Below the pieces are notes generated by a model, which was not told the DNA's origin, ran no database searches, and worked only from the letters and a program-made list of their open reading frames with translations. This document shows, one piece after another, positions 27,625-37,657 of a DNA stretch of 64,000 nt. The stretch spans positions 126,048-190,047 of the forward strand of contig JBPQHD010000014.1 in the NCBI GenBank assembly GCA_051384485.1, in the 5' to 3' direction. A program made the position numbers and the translations under genes. The DNA comes from Parachlamydiaceae bacterium. Its GTDB lineage: Bacteria > Chlamydiota > Chlamydiia > Chlamydiales > Parachlamydiaceae. Position 1 is the first letter of the stretch. Each line of letters begins with the position of its first letter.

Positions 27625-28932
27625 TTAAAGGTTTTTATAAATCATTTGAGCTGATTGCTCTCTTAAGGAGGTAAGAGGCAACATCTCTAACATTTCATCG
27701 CAAAAACCTAATGTGAGCAATTTTCTTGCCTCATCTTTTGCCATCCCTCGCGTCATTAAATAGAAAAGGTGATCCTCGTCTAACTGCCCAACAGTCGCTC
27801 CATGTGAAGCTTTAACATCATCAGCAAAGATTTCAAGATTAGGCTTGCTATCTACGGTTGCTAGGTCGTTAAGAATAAGGTTATTATTTAACTGAAAAGC
27901 TTGTGTTTTTTGCGCTTCCCTGTGAATGTAAATTTTTCCTTCAAAACCTGCATGAGAAGAGTCATTTAAAATGCCTTTAAAGAACTGCATTGAACGGCAT
28001 TCAGGCGCTTGGTGGTTCATAAAAACATGATGATGAACTTCTCGTTTATCTTTTAAAGCCCACAACCCATTCAAATGACATTCTGCATTTTCTCCTACAA
28101 GATCGGCCCTGTAGTCAAAACGCACGCCTTGAGCGCCATCACTTACACAAATCGTTTTAAAAGAACTATCTCTTTTCATGGTAGCACGAGCAGCTTCAAA
28201 ATACCATCCACGATGAGACAGATCTAAGGCTGTTTGAGTTAAGGAAGCCTGAGCATTCTCCCCTATCGAAAAATTAATCGAAGCATTTACAAAAAATTGA
28301 TCTCCTGACATCTGCACAGCTGTTGACACAAAAGAAGCTCTTGATTCAACACCCATAAACACTTCCGTTTTAGGAGTAATCATTAAAACCGCTTCATCAG
28401 CATCGATCACTTGCAAAATCTGGATAGGTCCGTTTATTTCTGTCTTAGGCGAAAGATAAATAAAACAACCACCAGTGCTTAAGGCTCCATTTAAGGCAAC
28501 AAAAGGGTCTTTCTCGCTTTGCAGCCTTTCCGTCGTTTGATTACTCAGTAAAGGACCAAAAGTTTTCATCGCATCATTCAAGGAGGTGATAAGAACGCCT
28601 TTGCCCAGTTCTTCAAGCTCCGAGCAGTCGGAGCGAAAAAAACCATTGTGAAATACAAGAATACGACCTCTGCATTCAGGCAAAAAGTAGCGCTCTAGGC
28701 TTGGTACCCGTTTCTCTTCTAAAGAGGGACCGGAGAACTCTTTACTAAAAAGCTGTCTAAGATTGATATTTTTAAAAACATCGTTTTTTCTATCAGGTAA
28801 TCCAAGATCCAAGAAATGATCCCAGTACTTTGCTCGAAGCCGCTGTAAGGAATCTGTTAACTTATAACGATTATAGAGGCCTGCGACAAGATGATGAAAC
28901 CGTTCTTGCTCAGTCGTAAGTTCTGAAGTCAT
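27625..28932 (-). CDS. sufD: Fe-S cluster assembly protein SufD
   Basis: SufB/D-family beta-helix C-terminal region ...EIFADDVKASHGATVGQLDEDHLFYLMTRGM is present. Located between sufC and sufS. Confidence 0.9.
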   Translation of the reverse strand: MTSELTTEQERFHHLVAGLYNRYKLTDSLQRLRAKYWDHFLDLGLPDRKNDVFKNINLRQLFSKEFSGPSLEEKRVPSLERYFLPECRGRILVFHNGFFRSDCSELEELGKGVLITSLNDAMKTFGPLLSNQTTERLQSEKDPFVALNGALSTGGCFIYLSPKTEINGPIQILQVIDADEAVLMITPKTEVFMGVESRASFVSTAVQMSGDQFFVNASINFSIGENAQASLTQTALDLSHRGWYFEAARATMKRDSSFKTICVSDGAQGVRFDYRADLVGENAECHLNGLWALKDKREVHHHVFMNHQAPECRSMQFFKGILNDSSHAGFEGKIYIHREAQKTQAFQLNNNLILNDLATVDSKPNLEIFADDVKASHGATVGQLDEDHLFYLMTRGMAKDEARKLLTLGFCDEMLEMLPLTSLREQSAQMIYKNL

Positions 28933-29690
28933 TAAATAGCCGTTCCCTTTAATTGAGGGTTTAGCCAGTCATACCCCTTTTGTTCTAATTCTAACGCCAA
29001 CTTTGGGCCCCCCGATTCAACAATCCTACCATCCAGCATGACATGAACATAATGAGGGTGAATATAATCCAAAAGTCGTTGATAATGAGTAATTAATATT
29101 AACCCCTTCTCTTGATTCATCAGCTGGTTGACTCCCTTAGCCACTATACGCATCGCGTCAATATCTAGCCCTGAATCGGTTTCATCAAGGATGCTAAGAC
29201 TTGGGTCGAGCAAAGCCATCTGCAAAATCTCATTGCGTTTTTTTTCCCCTCCGGAAAACCCCTCGTTAAGATTACGTTCTTTAAACTCCTCTCGAATATC
29301 CATCAATTTCATTTTTTCGCTTAGAATGTGATCAAATTCCTCATTAGAAAGAGGGTCTTTACCGTTCGCTTTTCGATTGGCATTCATCGCCGTTTTTAAA
29401 AATTGAAGGTTACTGACACCTGGGATTTCGATCGGGTATTGAAAACTCATGAAAATTCCAAGATGAGCTCTTTCATTCGGTTCTAGCTCTAAAATGTTCT
29501 GCCCTTTGAAAATCACCTCTCCTGAGACTTCATAGGAAGGATGCCCTGCGAGAACTTTAGCCAAGGTCGATTTACCGGCTCCATTGGGGCCCATAATAGC
29601 GTGAATCTCGCCAACCTTCACTGATAAATTCAAACCTTTTAAGATGGGTTTATTTTCTATAGATGCATGCAAATTTTTTATTTCTATCAT
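28932..29690 (-). CDS. sufC: Fe-S cluster assembly ATPase SufC
   Basis: Walker [10 protein letters not shown], signature [11 protein letters not shown], and Walker [13 protein letters not shown] are present. Confidence 0.95.
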   Translation of the reverse strand: MIEIKNLHASIENKPILKGLNLSVKVGEIHAIMGPNGAGKSTLAKVLAGHPSYEVSGEVIFKGQNILELEPNERAHLGIFMSFQYPIEIPGVSNLQFLKTAMNANRKANGKDPLSNEEFDHILSEKMKLMDIREEFKERNLNEGFSGGEKKRNEILQMALLDPSLSILDETDSGLDIDAMRIVAKGVNQLMNQEKGLILITHYQRLLDYIHPHYVHVMLDGRIVESGGPKLALELEQKGYDWLNPQLKGTAI

Positions 29691-29714
29691 TAATTTTTCC
29701 GAATAAGTGTTTGA

Positions 29715-31166
29715 TTATCCAACAGAATTTTCTAACTTCAAAGTAAGAAGCTTCTGAGCTTCTGTAGCAAATTCTAAAGGTAATTCTTTAATGACATCCT
29801 TACAAAATCCATTGACGATCATACTGATCGCATCCTCTGTGTCGATGCCTCTAGATTGAAAATAGAATAACTGCTCTTCGTTCATTTTGGAAGTTGATGC
29901 CTCGTGTTCAACTTGTGACGTAGCATTAGACACCTTCATGACAGGAAAGGTGTTTGCTGAACAATTGTTCCCAACAAGCATCGAGTCACATTGGGTGTAA
30001 TTACGCGCTCCCTTTGCCTTAGGGGAGACTTGCACAAGACCTCGATAGCTATTGTGTGATTGGTCCGCTGAGATTCCTTTAGAGACGATCGTCGAGCTTG
30101 TATTCTTGCCAATATGAATCATTTTAGTTCCCGTATCAGCCTGCATATGACCATTTGTTAGAGCAACGGAGTAGAACTCTCCAACAGAATGGTCTCCCGT
30201 AAGAATACAACTAGGGTACTTCCAAGTAATCGCAGCTCCTACCTCAACTTGAGTCCAAGAGATTTTCGAAAAATCGCCTAAACATTTTCCTCGCTTCGTC
30301 ACAAAATTATAAATTCCACCTTCTCCGCTGTCAGGGTTACCTGCATACCAATTTTGCACAGTTGAATATTTTATTGTTGCCCGTTCTAATGCGACTAGTT
30401 CTACCACAGCCGCATGCAGTTGATTATTATCAAAAGCCGGGGCTGTGCACCCTTCTAGGTAACTCACGCAAGAGCCTTCTTCAGCAACAATGAGGGTTCG
30501 CTCAAATTGACCAGATTCTTTATCATTGATTCTAAAGTAGGTGGAAAGCTCCATGGGGCAGTGCACTCCTTTGGGGACATACACAAATGAACCATCCGAA
30601 AAAACAGCAGAGTTTAATGCCGCAAAGAAGTTATCTCCGATAGGCACTACGGTGCCCAAGTATTTTTCCACAATGTCTGGGTATAAGTGCACAGCCTCAG
30701 AGATTGAGCACAAAACAACTCCAGCATCTTCTAATTTTTTCTTAAACGTCGTTCCTATCGAAACCGAATCAAAAATCATATCAACAGCTACGTTAGAAAG
30801 GCGCATTTGCTCATCTAACGGGATCCCTAAGCGTTCAAATGTTTTGAGAACCTCAGGGTCAACGTCACTTAAGGAGTTGAGTTTTGCTTTTTGCTTGGGA
30901 GCCGAGTAATAAGTGATATTTTGATAGTCGATAGGCGAATAGGTCACATTTGCCCATCGAGGTTCTTTCATTTGCAACCACCTTTGGTAGGCTTTCAAAC
31001 GAAAATTCAATAGAAATTCTGGTTCGTTTTTCTTCAGAGATATCGCGCGAACAATATCTTCATTTAAGCCTTTGGGCAAACTTTCTTTCTCGACTTGGGT
31101 AACAAATCCGTACTTATATGCAGATTTCTTACCGAATTCTATATCCGAGGCCATATTTTGCTCCAA
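29715..31166 (-). CDS. sufB: Fe-S cluster assembly scaffold SufB
   Basis: 483 aa with C-terminal ...[21 protein letters not shown] typical of SufB. GGAG RBS. Confidence 0.95.
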   Translation of the reverse strand: MEQNMASDIEFGKKSAYKYGFVTQVEKESLPKGLNEDIVRAISLKKNEPEFLLNFRLKAYQRWLQMKEPRWANVTYSPIDYQNITYYSAPKQKAKLNSLSDVDPEVLKTFERLGIPLDEQMRLSNVAVDMIFDSVSIGTTFKKKLEDAGVVLCSISEAVHLYPDIVEKYLGTVVPIGDNFFAALNSAVFSDGSFVYVPKGVHCPMELSTYFRINDKESGQFERTLIVAEEGSCVSYLEGCTAPAFDNNQLHAAVVELVALERATIKYSTVQNWYAGNPDSGEGGIYNFVTKRGKCLGDFSKISWTQVEVGAAITWKYPSCILTGDHSVGEFYSVALTNGHMQADTGTKMIHIGKNTSSTIVSKGISADQSHNSYRGLVQVSPKAKGARNYTQCDSMLVGNNCSANTFPVMKVSNATSQVEHEASTSKMNEEQLFYFQSRGIDTEDAISMIVNGFCKDVIKELPLEFATEAQKLLTLKLENSVG

Positions 31167-31206
31167 TGGATCTCCTACAGAAGTTATTCTAACATAAAAT
31201 GTATAA

Positions 31207-31237
31207 ATTTAACATTTTACATAATTGACTGTCAATT
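31207..31237 (-). promoter_or_regulatory. Candidate suf promoter with an overlapping palindromic operator
   Basis: On the minus strand: TTGACA (31235-31230), a 17-nt spacer, then TTAAAT (31212-31207). The -35 element sits inside the perfect palindrome AATTGAC-T-GTCAATT (31223-31237). A second inverted repeat, TAAAATGT-N9-ACATTTTA, lies at 31195-31219. Confidence 0.35.
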
Positions 31238-31339
31238 CTAACCCATTCCCAGTCGTTTTAGCGATCGATTGCAAAGAAACTTGATTTTATCTCCCCTTAT
31301 ATAAATAATCTCCCGTTAGAAATTCTTACGAGACATCAC

Positions 31340-32389
31340 ATGAGACTCTTTTTATCCTTAGCACTTTTATTAGTGGTAAGTGCCAGTTGTGCTCCCAGGA
31401 CAAGCTGTGATTATGACATTTATGGCGCAGATGAGTTTGTTATTGACTCTTATCGGATTCGCCAAGGCAAAGCCGCGATTTTAGAAATGCAAGGAATCTA
31501 CCTCGAAGATATTACTGAAGAGGATATGTGCGAGTATAAAGATGTGATCGCTGAGGATGACATTTTGAATATTGTTGTTTATCATCCCAACCGCCGCGAT
31601 CTCATGGAGTCGTTCCAATTTATCAACGGTGCGGTAGGTGGTTTTAAAGTTCATGACGGCATGATCGACCTGCCTGATATTCCTCCTGTTAAAGTAGCAG
31701 GTCTTTCTCTCGATGAGGCTAAGGATAAATTACATGAAATTTTGAATCGAGAAATTAAAGATATTGACGTTTTTGTTACTTATCGTGATCGCCTCGCAAG
31801 AAAAGTAGAGATCACCGGTCTGACAGGATTATCTGTATTACCGGTCGATGGCAGAATTAGATTGAATGAAGTGATTGCCCACGCCCATATCGCTGGGGAC
31901 GCCAACCTCTTCATGAGCTATCTCCTCAGAAATGAGATCCGACAAAACATAGACTTTCACAAACTCATAGTTGAAGGAGACATGTCTCAAAACATCGTCA
32001 TGCGTGGCGGTGATAAAATTTACATTGCCAAACCTTTGGATGCCAGTGTTATGATTATGGGTGAGGTCAATGCTCCTCGCGCTATTCCGCTTATCTATGG
32101 CTATATGTCCCTAAGAGAGGCACTTGTGATGGCAGGTGGTATTCCTTACACTGGAGATAAGCGCTACATTCAAGTGATTCGTGGCAACATGCAATGCCCT
32201 AAAATTTATGTTCTTTCTTGGCAACATATCGTGCACCTCCCTAATGACAGTTTGCTCCTAATGCCGGGCGATACTGTTTATATTTCACCAAAACCAATTA
32301 CAGAGTGGAATCGCTTTATCGAGCAGCTAATCCCAAGCTGTGGTGGGGTACAAAACATCTATAACGTTTACAGGCTTACTTCCGGATAA
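31340..32389 (+). CDS. Polysaccharide export lipoprotein (Wza-like; Poly_export + SLBB domains)
   Basis: Lipobox VVSASC. A Poly_export-like segment (DDILNIVVY...IDLPDIPPVKVAGLSLDEAKDKL) and later SLBB-like GDKIYI / PGDTVYI motifs are present. Confidence 0.8.
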   Translation: MRLFLSLALLLVVSASCAPRTSCDYDIYGADEFVIDSYRIRQGKAAILEMQGIYLEDITEEDMCEYKDVIAEDDILNIVVYHPNRRDLMESFQFINGAVGGFKVHDGMIDLPDIPPVKVAGLSLDEAKDKLHEILNREIKDIDVFVTYRDRLARKVEITGLTGLSVLPVDGRIRLNEVIAHAHIAGDANLFMSYLLRNEIRQNIDFHKLIVEGDMSQNIVMRGGDKIYIAKPLDASVMIMGEVNAPRAIPLIYGYMSLREALVMAGGIPYTGDKRYIQVIRGNMQCPKIYVLSWQHIVHLPNDSLLLMPGDTVYISPKPITEWNRFIEQLIPSCGGVQNIYNVYRLTSG

Positions 32390-32391
32390 AA

Positions 32392-35301
32392 ATGAATAAA
32401 ATTAGCGAAGAAAAAGAGTCAACAGAGCTCAGATACGCACTTAAAGACTACCTGAATTTATGCCAGAAGTATAAAAAAGCGATTTTGTTTTTTGTTATCC
32501 TAGGTGCCCTGGCAAGTGGGGGCCTTGCTCTAACAAGAAATGTTTATTACCTTACAACAGCAACTTTTAGAGACAAGGGAAAACCTCAAACCGCCATCCG
32601 CTCATCGCTTACCGATCTTATTTTTAGTAACGGTGCCATATCGGGTGATAGCGAAACAATGTCCACATTAAAATCGCGTAAACTGCTTTCAAAGGTCATT
32701 CACAAATTAGGCATGCAGGCTCAGATCGCGCCTGTGCAACCCTCTTTTCCCAACTTAAAAGATATCCATGATAACTTTCTTGCCGAATATGCTTACTGGA
32801 CTAAGCAACAAACGCCTATTTTAGCGGAACTTGATGACCCTATCATTGCCAAACAAGTGTTATACGGAGGGGAAATCCCCCTAGCGATTTTGATTCAATT
32901 TGTCGATGAGAGACAATTTAAAGTTTTAGGCAGGGAAGATCTTCCATTAGGTACCTTGGACAACTCTTTTGAAGCCGATGATTATTCTTTTGTGCTGCAC
33001 AAACCTCCTGGAAAGACATCTCTTACCGATCAAATGTTCTCAATCCTCTTTTTACCCCTAGATCTTACTGTAGAGAATATCACTTCACTGATGGTCGTTG
33101 AGCTTGATCGTGAGGATAAAACCCTTTTAAAGCTTAGCTTCAAGCATCGCGATAGACATCGTGCTGCAGAATTTTTAAATTCCCTTATGGCAGCCTATCA
33201 AGACTTTATCAAAGAAGACCATGAATATGTATCGAGCTACCAACTAGAATACTTGAAAAATCGCCAGAATGAAGTTGGCGCTGATTTGCAAGTCCTGATG
33301 GAAAAACACGCTGAACGCCTCTCTAAAGATCTATCTTCCAGTGGTTTTCTTGACTCTGAAAAAGAGATCGATTTTTTAGCAGCTAATGTCCATAGTCTTC
33401 AACAAAAAATTTCTGAAATTGATTTTGAAAAAAAACGCCTCGAAAAACTTGCTGATCTCGATTTTGTCTATTACGATCAGTATGGCGGACGCGGCGACTC
33501 AGCAGTCATTAACCAATTATTGGGTGAAATCAGGGGGATTAAGCAACAAATTGATGTGCTAAACCTATCCCTAGAGAAGCAGAAAAAATTGGATGATGAG
33601 AGTATTCGCAACCTTCTAGACGAACAATTTACGGAACTCCATACCATTCGCTCTCAATTAAAAGAGACAGAAGAGCTATCGATTGCCTTAAAATCCAGTG
33701 AAGACTTTTCCTTAGCTGATGTCTTGTTTCAACCATCACAAAACATCACTCCCGTTTGGTTCAGCTCACTCAACCAAATTAACGAAGAAGATCAGCAAAG
33801 CTATAAAGACCAACTCTGCTCTTATCTTGATAACTTGAGAAACATGCTTAAGCTGAAAGAGGCAACGATTAGCGAGCGAATCAAGCATCAACACTATCCC
33901 GGTCAAGAGTTTCAAGGCATCACTTTAGAAACAGCTAGAAACTTGTTTTACAATTATTCATCGGCTGTCACTGAGCTGCAGGGGCAGATTAAGCAACACC
34001 AATTTATTGTCGAAGAATTAAAAAAACCTGATTTTGAAGTTTGTTCATTAACAGCTATCTTACATGATCCTATCAGCGCTGAGAGAATAGCTAAGGCCAG
34101 CATGCTCTTGATTAATTTGAGAGATGAAAACAATCGAACACAAAAAGAAATGAGCCGACTAAGGGATGAACTTAACATGCTTAAGCAATTCCTATCAGCT
34201 CACATTGAACAAATGATACAGCTCTTTACCCTTCGAGAAAAGCTTCTACAAGATAAGATTTATGCCCTCCAAAGTCTTACCTTAGATTTAAGCTATCAGC
34301 AAATCTATGTATTGAAAAAAAACCTTATCGACTACCTTGCTACGCGTCTTGAAAATCTAAATGATGAGAAAAAACTGATTAAAGAGTACCAGAATGACCT
34401 GAACCAGCGCATGGCTAAAATCCCCTCTCGATGGGCAGCTGAAAAAATCGTATTTCAGCATTTGACCTCTCATCAAAAATTTTTAGAAAACCTTTCCAGC
34501 ATGGTGGAATCAAAAAACATTTCTAAAAATTTAGAACTCATTCAATCAACTCCTGTTGATCATGCCATTCCTTCGATTAACCCAGCACCTCCCCGTGCTG
34601 TCTTTTACGCGATCTTAGGTTCCCTATTAGGTTTCCTTGGATCGGTGGGTTTTTTAATTGCTCGCAGCCTAATTACAGGCATCCCGGCTAGTGAAGACAA
34701 TATCAAGCTTGCCCAAATGCATTGTTCAGGAACGATCAGCAAAACTTTCGTTTCAAACCAGCACCTCAAAGATTGCGACCTTAATACCATTCGACGTTCC
34801 TTAGGCTTTCTAGAGCAAAGCTTGGCAAACAGCCGAAAGGTGCTATTTATTCTAGGCCACGGAACAGACCCTTCCTTGGATTTTTGTAACCTTCTCGCGA
34901 AAAAAGGTCGGAGCATCATCCATCTTGACCTTACTTTTGACAAAGTTTCACCAGAAAGTAAAAATGGCTTACTGCAATACATAGAAGAAGGGGTATTGCC
35001 TGACATTTTAGAGGTGGGTGGTATCCATACTCTGTCATCCGGAGGAGTCTCTCGCTATGCATCAGAATTGCTAAAACGCAAAGAATTTAAAGCATTATTG
35101 GAAACCTACCAACAAGAATATGATTGGACGATTGCTGTTTCTCGTTCGACTATTTTGGATGCTGATGCGCTAAATCTCTCTTCTTTATTCGACGCTGTCG
35201 TAATAGTGATTGCAAATGAAACAATAGAAGAGTTGAAAGAGTTTGAAGAACAGCTTACTGCCTCTTCATCCAAAGTGGTCGATTGCTTACTGATGCATTA
35301 A
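32392..35301 (+). CDS. Wzc/GumC-like polysaccharide co-polymerase (PCP-2 architecture) with a degenerate C-terminal P-loop module
   Basis: 969 aa. It has an N-terminal TM helix, a Wzz-like region, a very long coiled-coil periplasmic domain, a second TM helix (AVFYAILGSLLGFLGSVGFLIA) and a C-terminal domain. In that domain the expected GxxxxGK[ST] position reads VLFILGHGTDPS. Confidence 0.7.
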   Translation: MNKISEEKESTELRYALKDYLNLCQKYKKAILFFVILGALASGGLALTRNVYYLTTATFRDKGKPQTAIRSSLTDLIFSNGAISGDSETMSTLKSRKLLSKVIHKLGMQAQIAPVQPSFPNLKDIHDNFLAEYAYWTKQQTPILAELDDPIIAKQVLYGGEIPLAILIQFVDERQFKVLGREDLPLGTLDNSFEADDYSFVLHKPPGKTSLTDQMFSILFLPLDLTVENITSLMVVELDREDKTLLKLSFKHRDRHRAAEFLNSLMAAYQDFIKEDHEYVSSYQLEYLKNRQNEVGADLQVLMEKHAERLSKDLSSSGFLDSEKEIDFLAANVHSLQQKISEIDFEKKRLEKLADLDFVYYDQYGGRGDSAVINQLLGEIRGIKQQIDVLNLSLEKQKKLDDESIRNLLDEQFTELHTIRSQLKETEELSIALKSSEDFSLADVLFQPSQNITPVWFSSLNQINEEDQQSYKDQLCSYLDNLRNMLKLKEATISERIKHQHYPGQEFQGITLETARNLFYNYSSAVTELQGQIKQHQFIVEELKKPDFEVCSLTAILHDPISAERIAKASMLLINLRDENNRTQKEMSRLRDELNMLKQFLSAHIEQMIQLFTLREKLLQDKIYALQSLTLDLSYQQIYVLKKNLIDYLATRLENLNDEKKLIKEYQNDLNQRMAKIPSRWAAEKIVFQHLTSHQKFLENLSSMVESKNISKNLELIQSTPVDHAIPSINPAPPRAVFYAILGSLLGFLGSVGFLIARSLITGIPASEDNIKLAQMHCSGTISKTFVSNQHLKDCDLNTIRRSLGFLEQSLANSRKVLFILGHGTDPSLDFCNLLAKKGRSIIHLDLTFDKVSPESKNGLLQYIEEGVLPDILEVGGIHTLSSGGVSRYASELLKRKEFKALLETYQQEYDWTIAVSRSTILDADALNLSSLFDAVVIVIANETIEELKEFEEQLTASSSKVVDCLLMH

Positions 35302-35365
35302 GTATCGGTTGAGAAGATCTTCTCTTTAGGTTATAGTGATGCCATCCTCTGTGATTGTTCTACTC

Positions 35366-35439
35366 GTTCTCGTAGCTCAGCTGGATAGAGCGGTTGCCTC
35401 CTAAGCAACAGGTCGCGCGTTCGAGTCGCGCCGAGGACA
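35366..35439 (+). tRNA. tRNA-Arg (anticodon CCU)
   Basis: Manual cloverleaf: acceptor GTTCTCG/CGAGGAC (one G-U pair), D-arm GCTC-AGCTGGATA-GAGC, anticodon arm GTTGC-CTCCTAA-GCAAC, variable loop AGGTC, T-arm GCGCG-TTCGAGT-CGCGC, discriminator A. CCA is not encoded. Confidence 0.95.
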
Positions 35440-35452
35440 TTTTGATCAAAAC

Positions 35453-36178
35453 CTATGCCTTCTTTGAGCCTTTAGAAAGCTTAGGAGCAGCGGGCAATCT
35501 TAAGTAGCTATCGATACCTTTAGCCATCCCAAGGGCAAGTTTCTTCAAATATTCGGGATTTTTAATTTTTTGTATTTCCTCGTCATTGGTTAGAAATCCA
35601 CCTTCCACGAGGATAGCGGGCATCGTTGTTTCCCTAATCACAGCAAAGTTTCCATGCTTAACGCCCCTCGACTTTGCCTTGGTCTGAGAAATAACACTTT
35701 TTAAAACAAGCTCTGCCAACCTTTTGGATTGATCAACCCTTTTCTTATTTTTGTCCTTTTCATAGAAATAGATCTCAATCCCTCGAGCTTCCTTACTTGG
35801 AGCTGAGTTAAAGTGAACGCTGATGAATAAAGCAGACGGTTGAGCATTTGCAAAGCTTGCCCTTGTAAGCAAAGGGATGAAGGTATCATCATTCCTAGTC
35901 ATAATCGTTTGATAACCAAGTTCAGTGAGATAATTTTTTAAAAAACGTGCCGTTGTTAGATTTAAAAATTTCTCCTGATATCTCGGTTTTAAGTGGGAAT
36001 GAGTGCCAAAGTCTTCTCCCCCATGGCCCGGATCAATGACCACCATTTTATATGGCTTACGCGCTAAGGATTCTTCTTTCTTTGGAAAGGTGTAGGTCTG
36101 CTCATGCCGACGATGAGACGAAGCACAACCTACGGCAATGGTTAAAATTAATAAACAAACTTTTGAAAAATGTAGCAT
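35453..36178 (-). CDS. amiA: N-acetylmuramoyl-L-alanine amidase (Amidase_3)
   Basis: VVIDPGHGGEDFGT, ISVHFNS and MPAILVEGGFLTN are present, with a lipoprotein-like N-terminus. Confidence 0.9.
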   Translation of the reverse strand: MLHFSKVCLLILTIAVGCASSHRRHEQTYTFPKKEESLARKPYKMVVIDPGHGGEDFGTHSHLKPRYQEKFLNLTTARFLKNYLTELGYQTIMTRNDDTFIPLLTRASFANAQPSALFISVHFNSAPSKEARGIEIYFYEKDKNKKRVDQSKRLAELVLKSVISQTKAKSRGVKHGNFAVIRETTMPAILVEGGFLTNDEEIQKIKNPEYLKKLALGMAKGIDSYLRLPAAPKLSKGSKKA

Positions 36179-36181
36179 AAA

Positions 36182-37654
36182 TTAAGTGAATAACCTTTCC
36201 TGAAAAATTTGATGAGCAATTTTTCGATCATCAAATTCAATTGTTTTGTGAGCAAAAATTTGGTAAGTTTCATGACCTTTTCCTGCGATCAGGATAATAT
36301 CTCCAGGTTCTGCTTGTCCAATCGCAAGGGCAATCGCTTTCTTACGATCAACTTCTAACTGATGACGGGACGGGTTTTGAAATCCTTTTTGAATGTCTTC
36401 GCAAATCTTTATGGGATCTTCGGAACGTGGGTTATCTGTTGTGACAATACAACAATCAGATAGTGATTCAGCCACCTCTGCCATTTTTGCACGTTTTGTA
36501 CGATCTCTATCCCCTCCGCATCCAAAAACCGTGATAATCTTTTTTTGTTTTACTTCTTGTAAGGTTGTCAGAACATTATGTAACGAATCATCGGAATGAG
36601 CAAAGTCAACGTAAAGGTTAATGCCCATAGGATTGTTCACCCTTTCAAGACGACCGGGGACTGAAGGAAGTTGCGTTAATAGAGGTAAAATCTCCTTTAA
36701 GACTTTACCTCTAGCAAGTAAAGCCCCGATGGTTGCTAAAACATTATATACATTAAAACGACCAATCAGTGATGTTTCACAGGAAAACGTGTGATCTTTA
36801 AAGCTTAAAAGAAACCTTGTCCCTTGGGTATTAAAAGTAATATCTTGGGCCATCAGATCTGATTTCTTATCTATCCCATAAGTAATCATCGGTGTGTTGC
36901 ACCCTTGGATGATCTCTTGCGCCCAGGGAGAATCATGATTAATGATAGCAGTCTTATTCTTCTTTTTCGAGTGGTTTAGCTTCCTAAAAAGCTGATTTTT
37001 TGCCTTACAGTAAGCTTCCATGGACCCATGGTAATCTAGATGATCTAAGCTTAAGTTTGTAAAAATGGCAACATCAAAATCAATTTCATCGACTCGACCT
37101 TGCGTCAAAGCATGCGAAGTGACTTCCATGACGGCATCTGTACACTTTTGCAAGATCATCTCTCTCAACATTTTATGATTCAAAAGCACATCGGGTGTTG
37201 TCCTTGTTGCCTGGTAGCGATGTTTGCCTATAATGTATTCGATTGTCCCAATCAAACCTGTTGAAAAATTTAAATGATCGAGTAAGTATTTAATTAAAAA
37301 AGAGACTGTTGTTTTTCCATTTGTACCGGTTACACCTGTAATAAAGAGCTGATCACTAGGTGAGTCATAGTAAGTTTTGGCAAGATGGCTTTCAAGATGG
37401 TTTACATTCGAGCTAATCAATTGCACGACATTTTTTAGCGAAGGGTCATAAATATCAGTTAAAACCGCGACCGCTCCACCACTGATCGCCTCGCTGATAT
37501 AATAATGACCATCTGTCGTTAATCCTTTCTTAGCGATGAATAAATTGCCAGGACAGATATATTTTGAATTCGCACAAATCCCCGTAATTTCAATTTCTTT
37601 AGAGCCCTTCAAGATGATATCAGGCAAATCTTTAATTAATTTTTTTAATTTCAT
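36182..37654 (-). CDS. murE: UDP-N-acetylmuramoyl-L-alanyl-D-glutamate--2,6-diaminopimelate ligase
   Basis: GVTGTNGKTT P-loop, a DNPR motif (TTDNPRSEDP) and GKGHE are present. Confidence 0.95.
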   Translation of the reverse strand: MKLKKLIKDLPDIILKGSKEIEITGICANSKYICPGNLFIAKKGLTTDGHYYISEAISGGAVAVLTDIYDPSLKNVVQLISSNVNHLESHLAKTYYDSPSDQLFITGVTGTNGKTTVSFLIKYLLDHLNFSTGLIGTIEYIIGKHRYQATRTTPDVLLNHKMLREMILQKCTDAVMEVTSHALTQGRVDEIDFDVAIFTNLSLDHLDYHGSMEAYCKAKNQLFRKLNHSKKKNKTAIINHDSPWAQEIIQGCNTPMITYGIDKKSDLMAQDITFNTQGTRFLLSFKDHTFSCETSLIGRFNVYNVLATIGALLARGKVLKEILPLLTQLPSVPGRLERVNNPMGINLYVDFAHSDDSLHNVLTTLQEVKQKKIITVFGCGGDRDRTKRAKMAEVAESLSDCCIVTTDNPRSEDPIKICEDIQKGFQNPSRHQLEVDRKKAIALAIGQAEPGDIILIAGKGHETYQIFAHKTIEFDDRKIAHQIFQERLFT

Positions 37655-37657
37655 GGA

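Noticed and set aside
35440-35451. 12-nt palindrome TTTTGATCAAAA between the tRNA-Arg gene and the amiA stop codon.
   Set aside because: It is too short and AT-rich to form a stable terminator hairpin, and it occurs only once. I noted it but did not annotate it.
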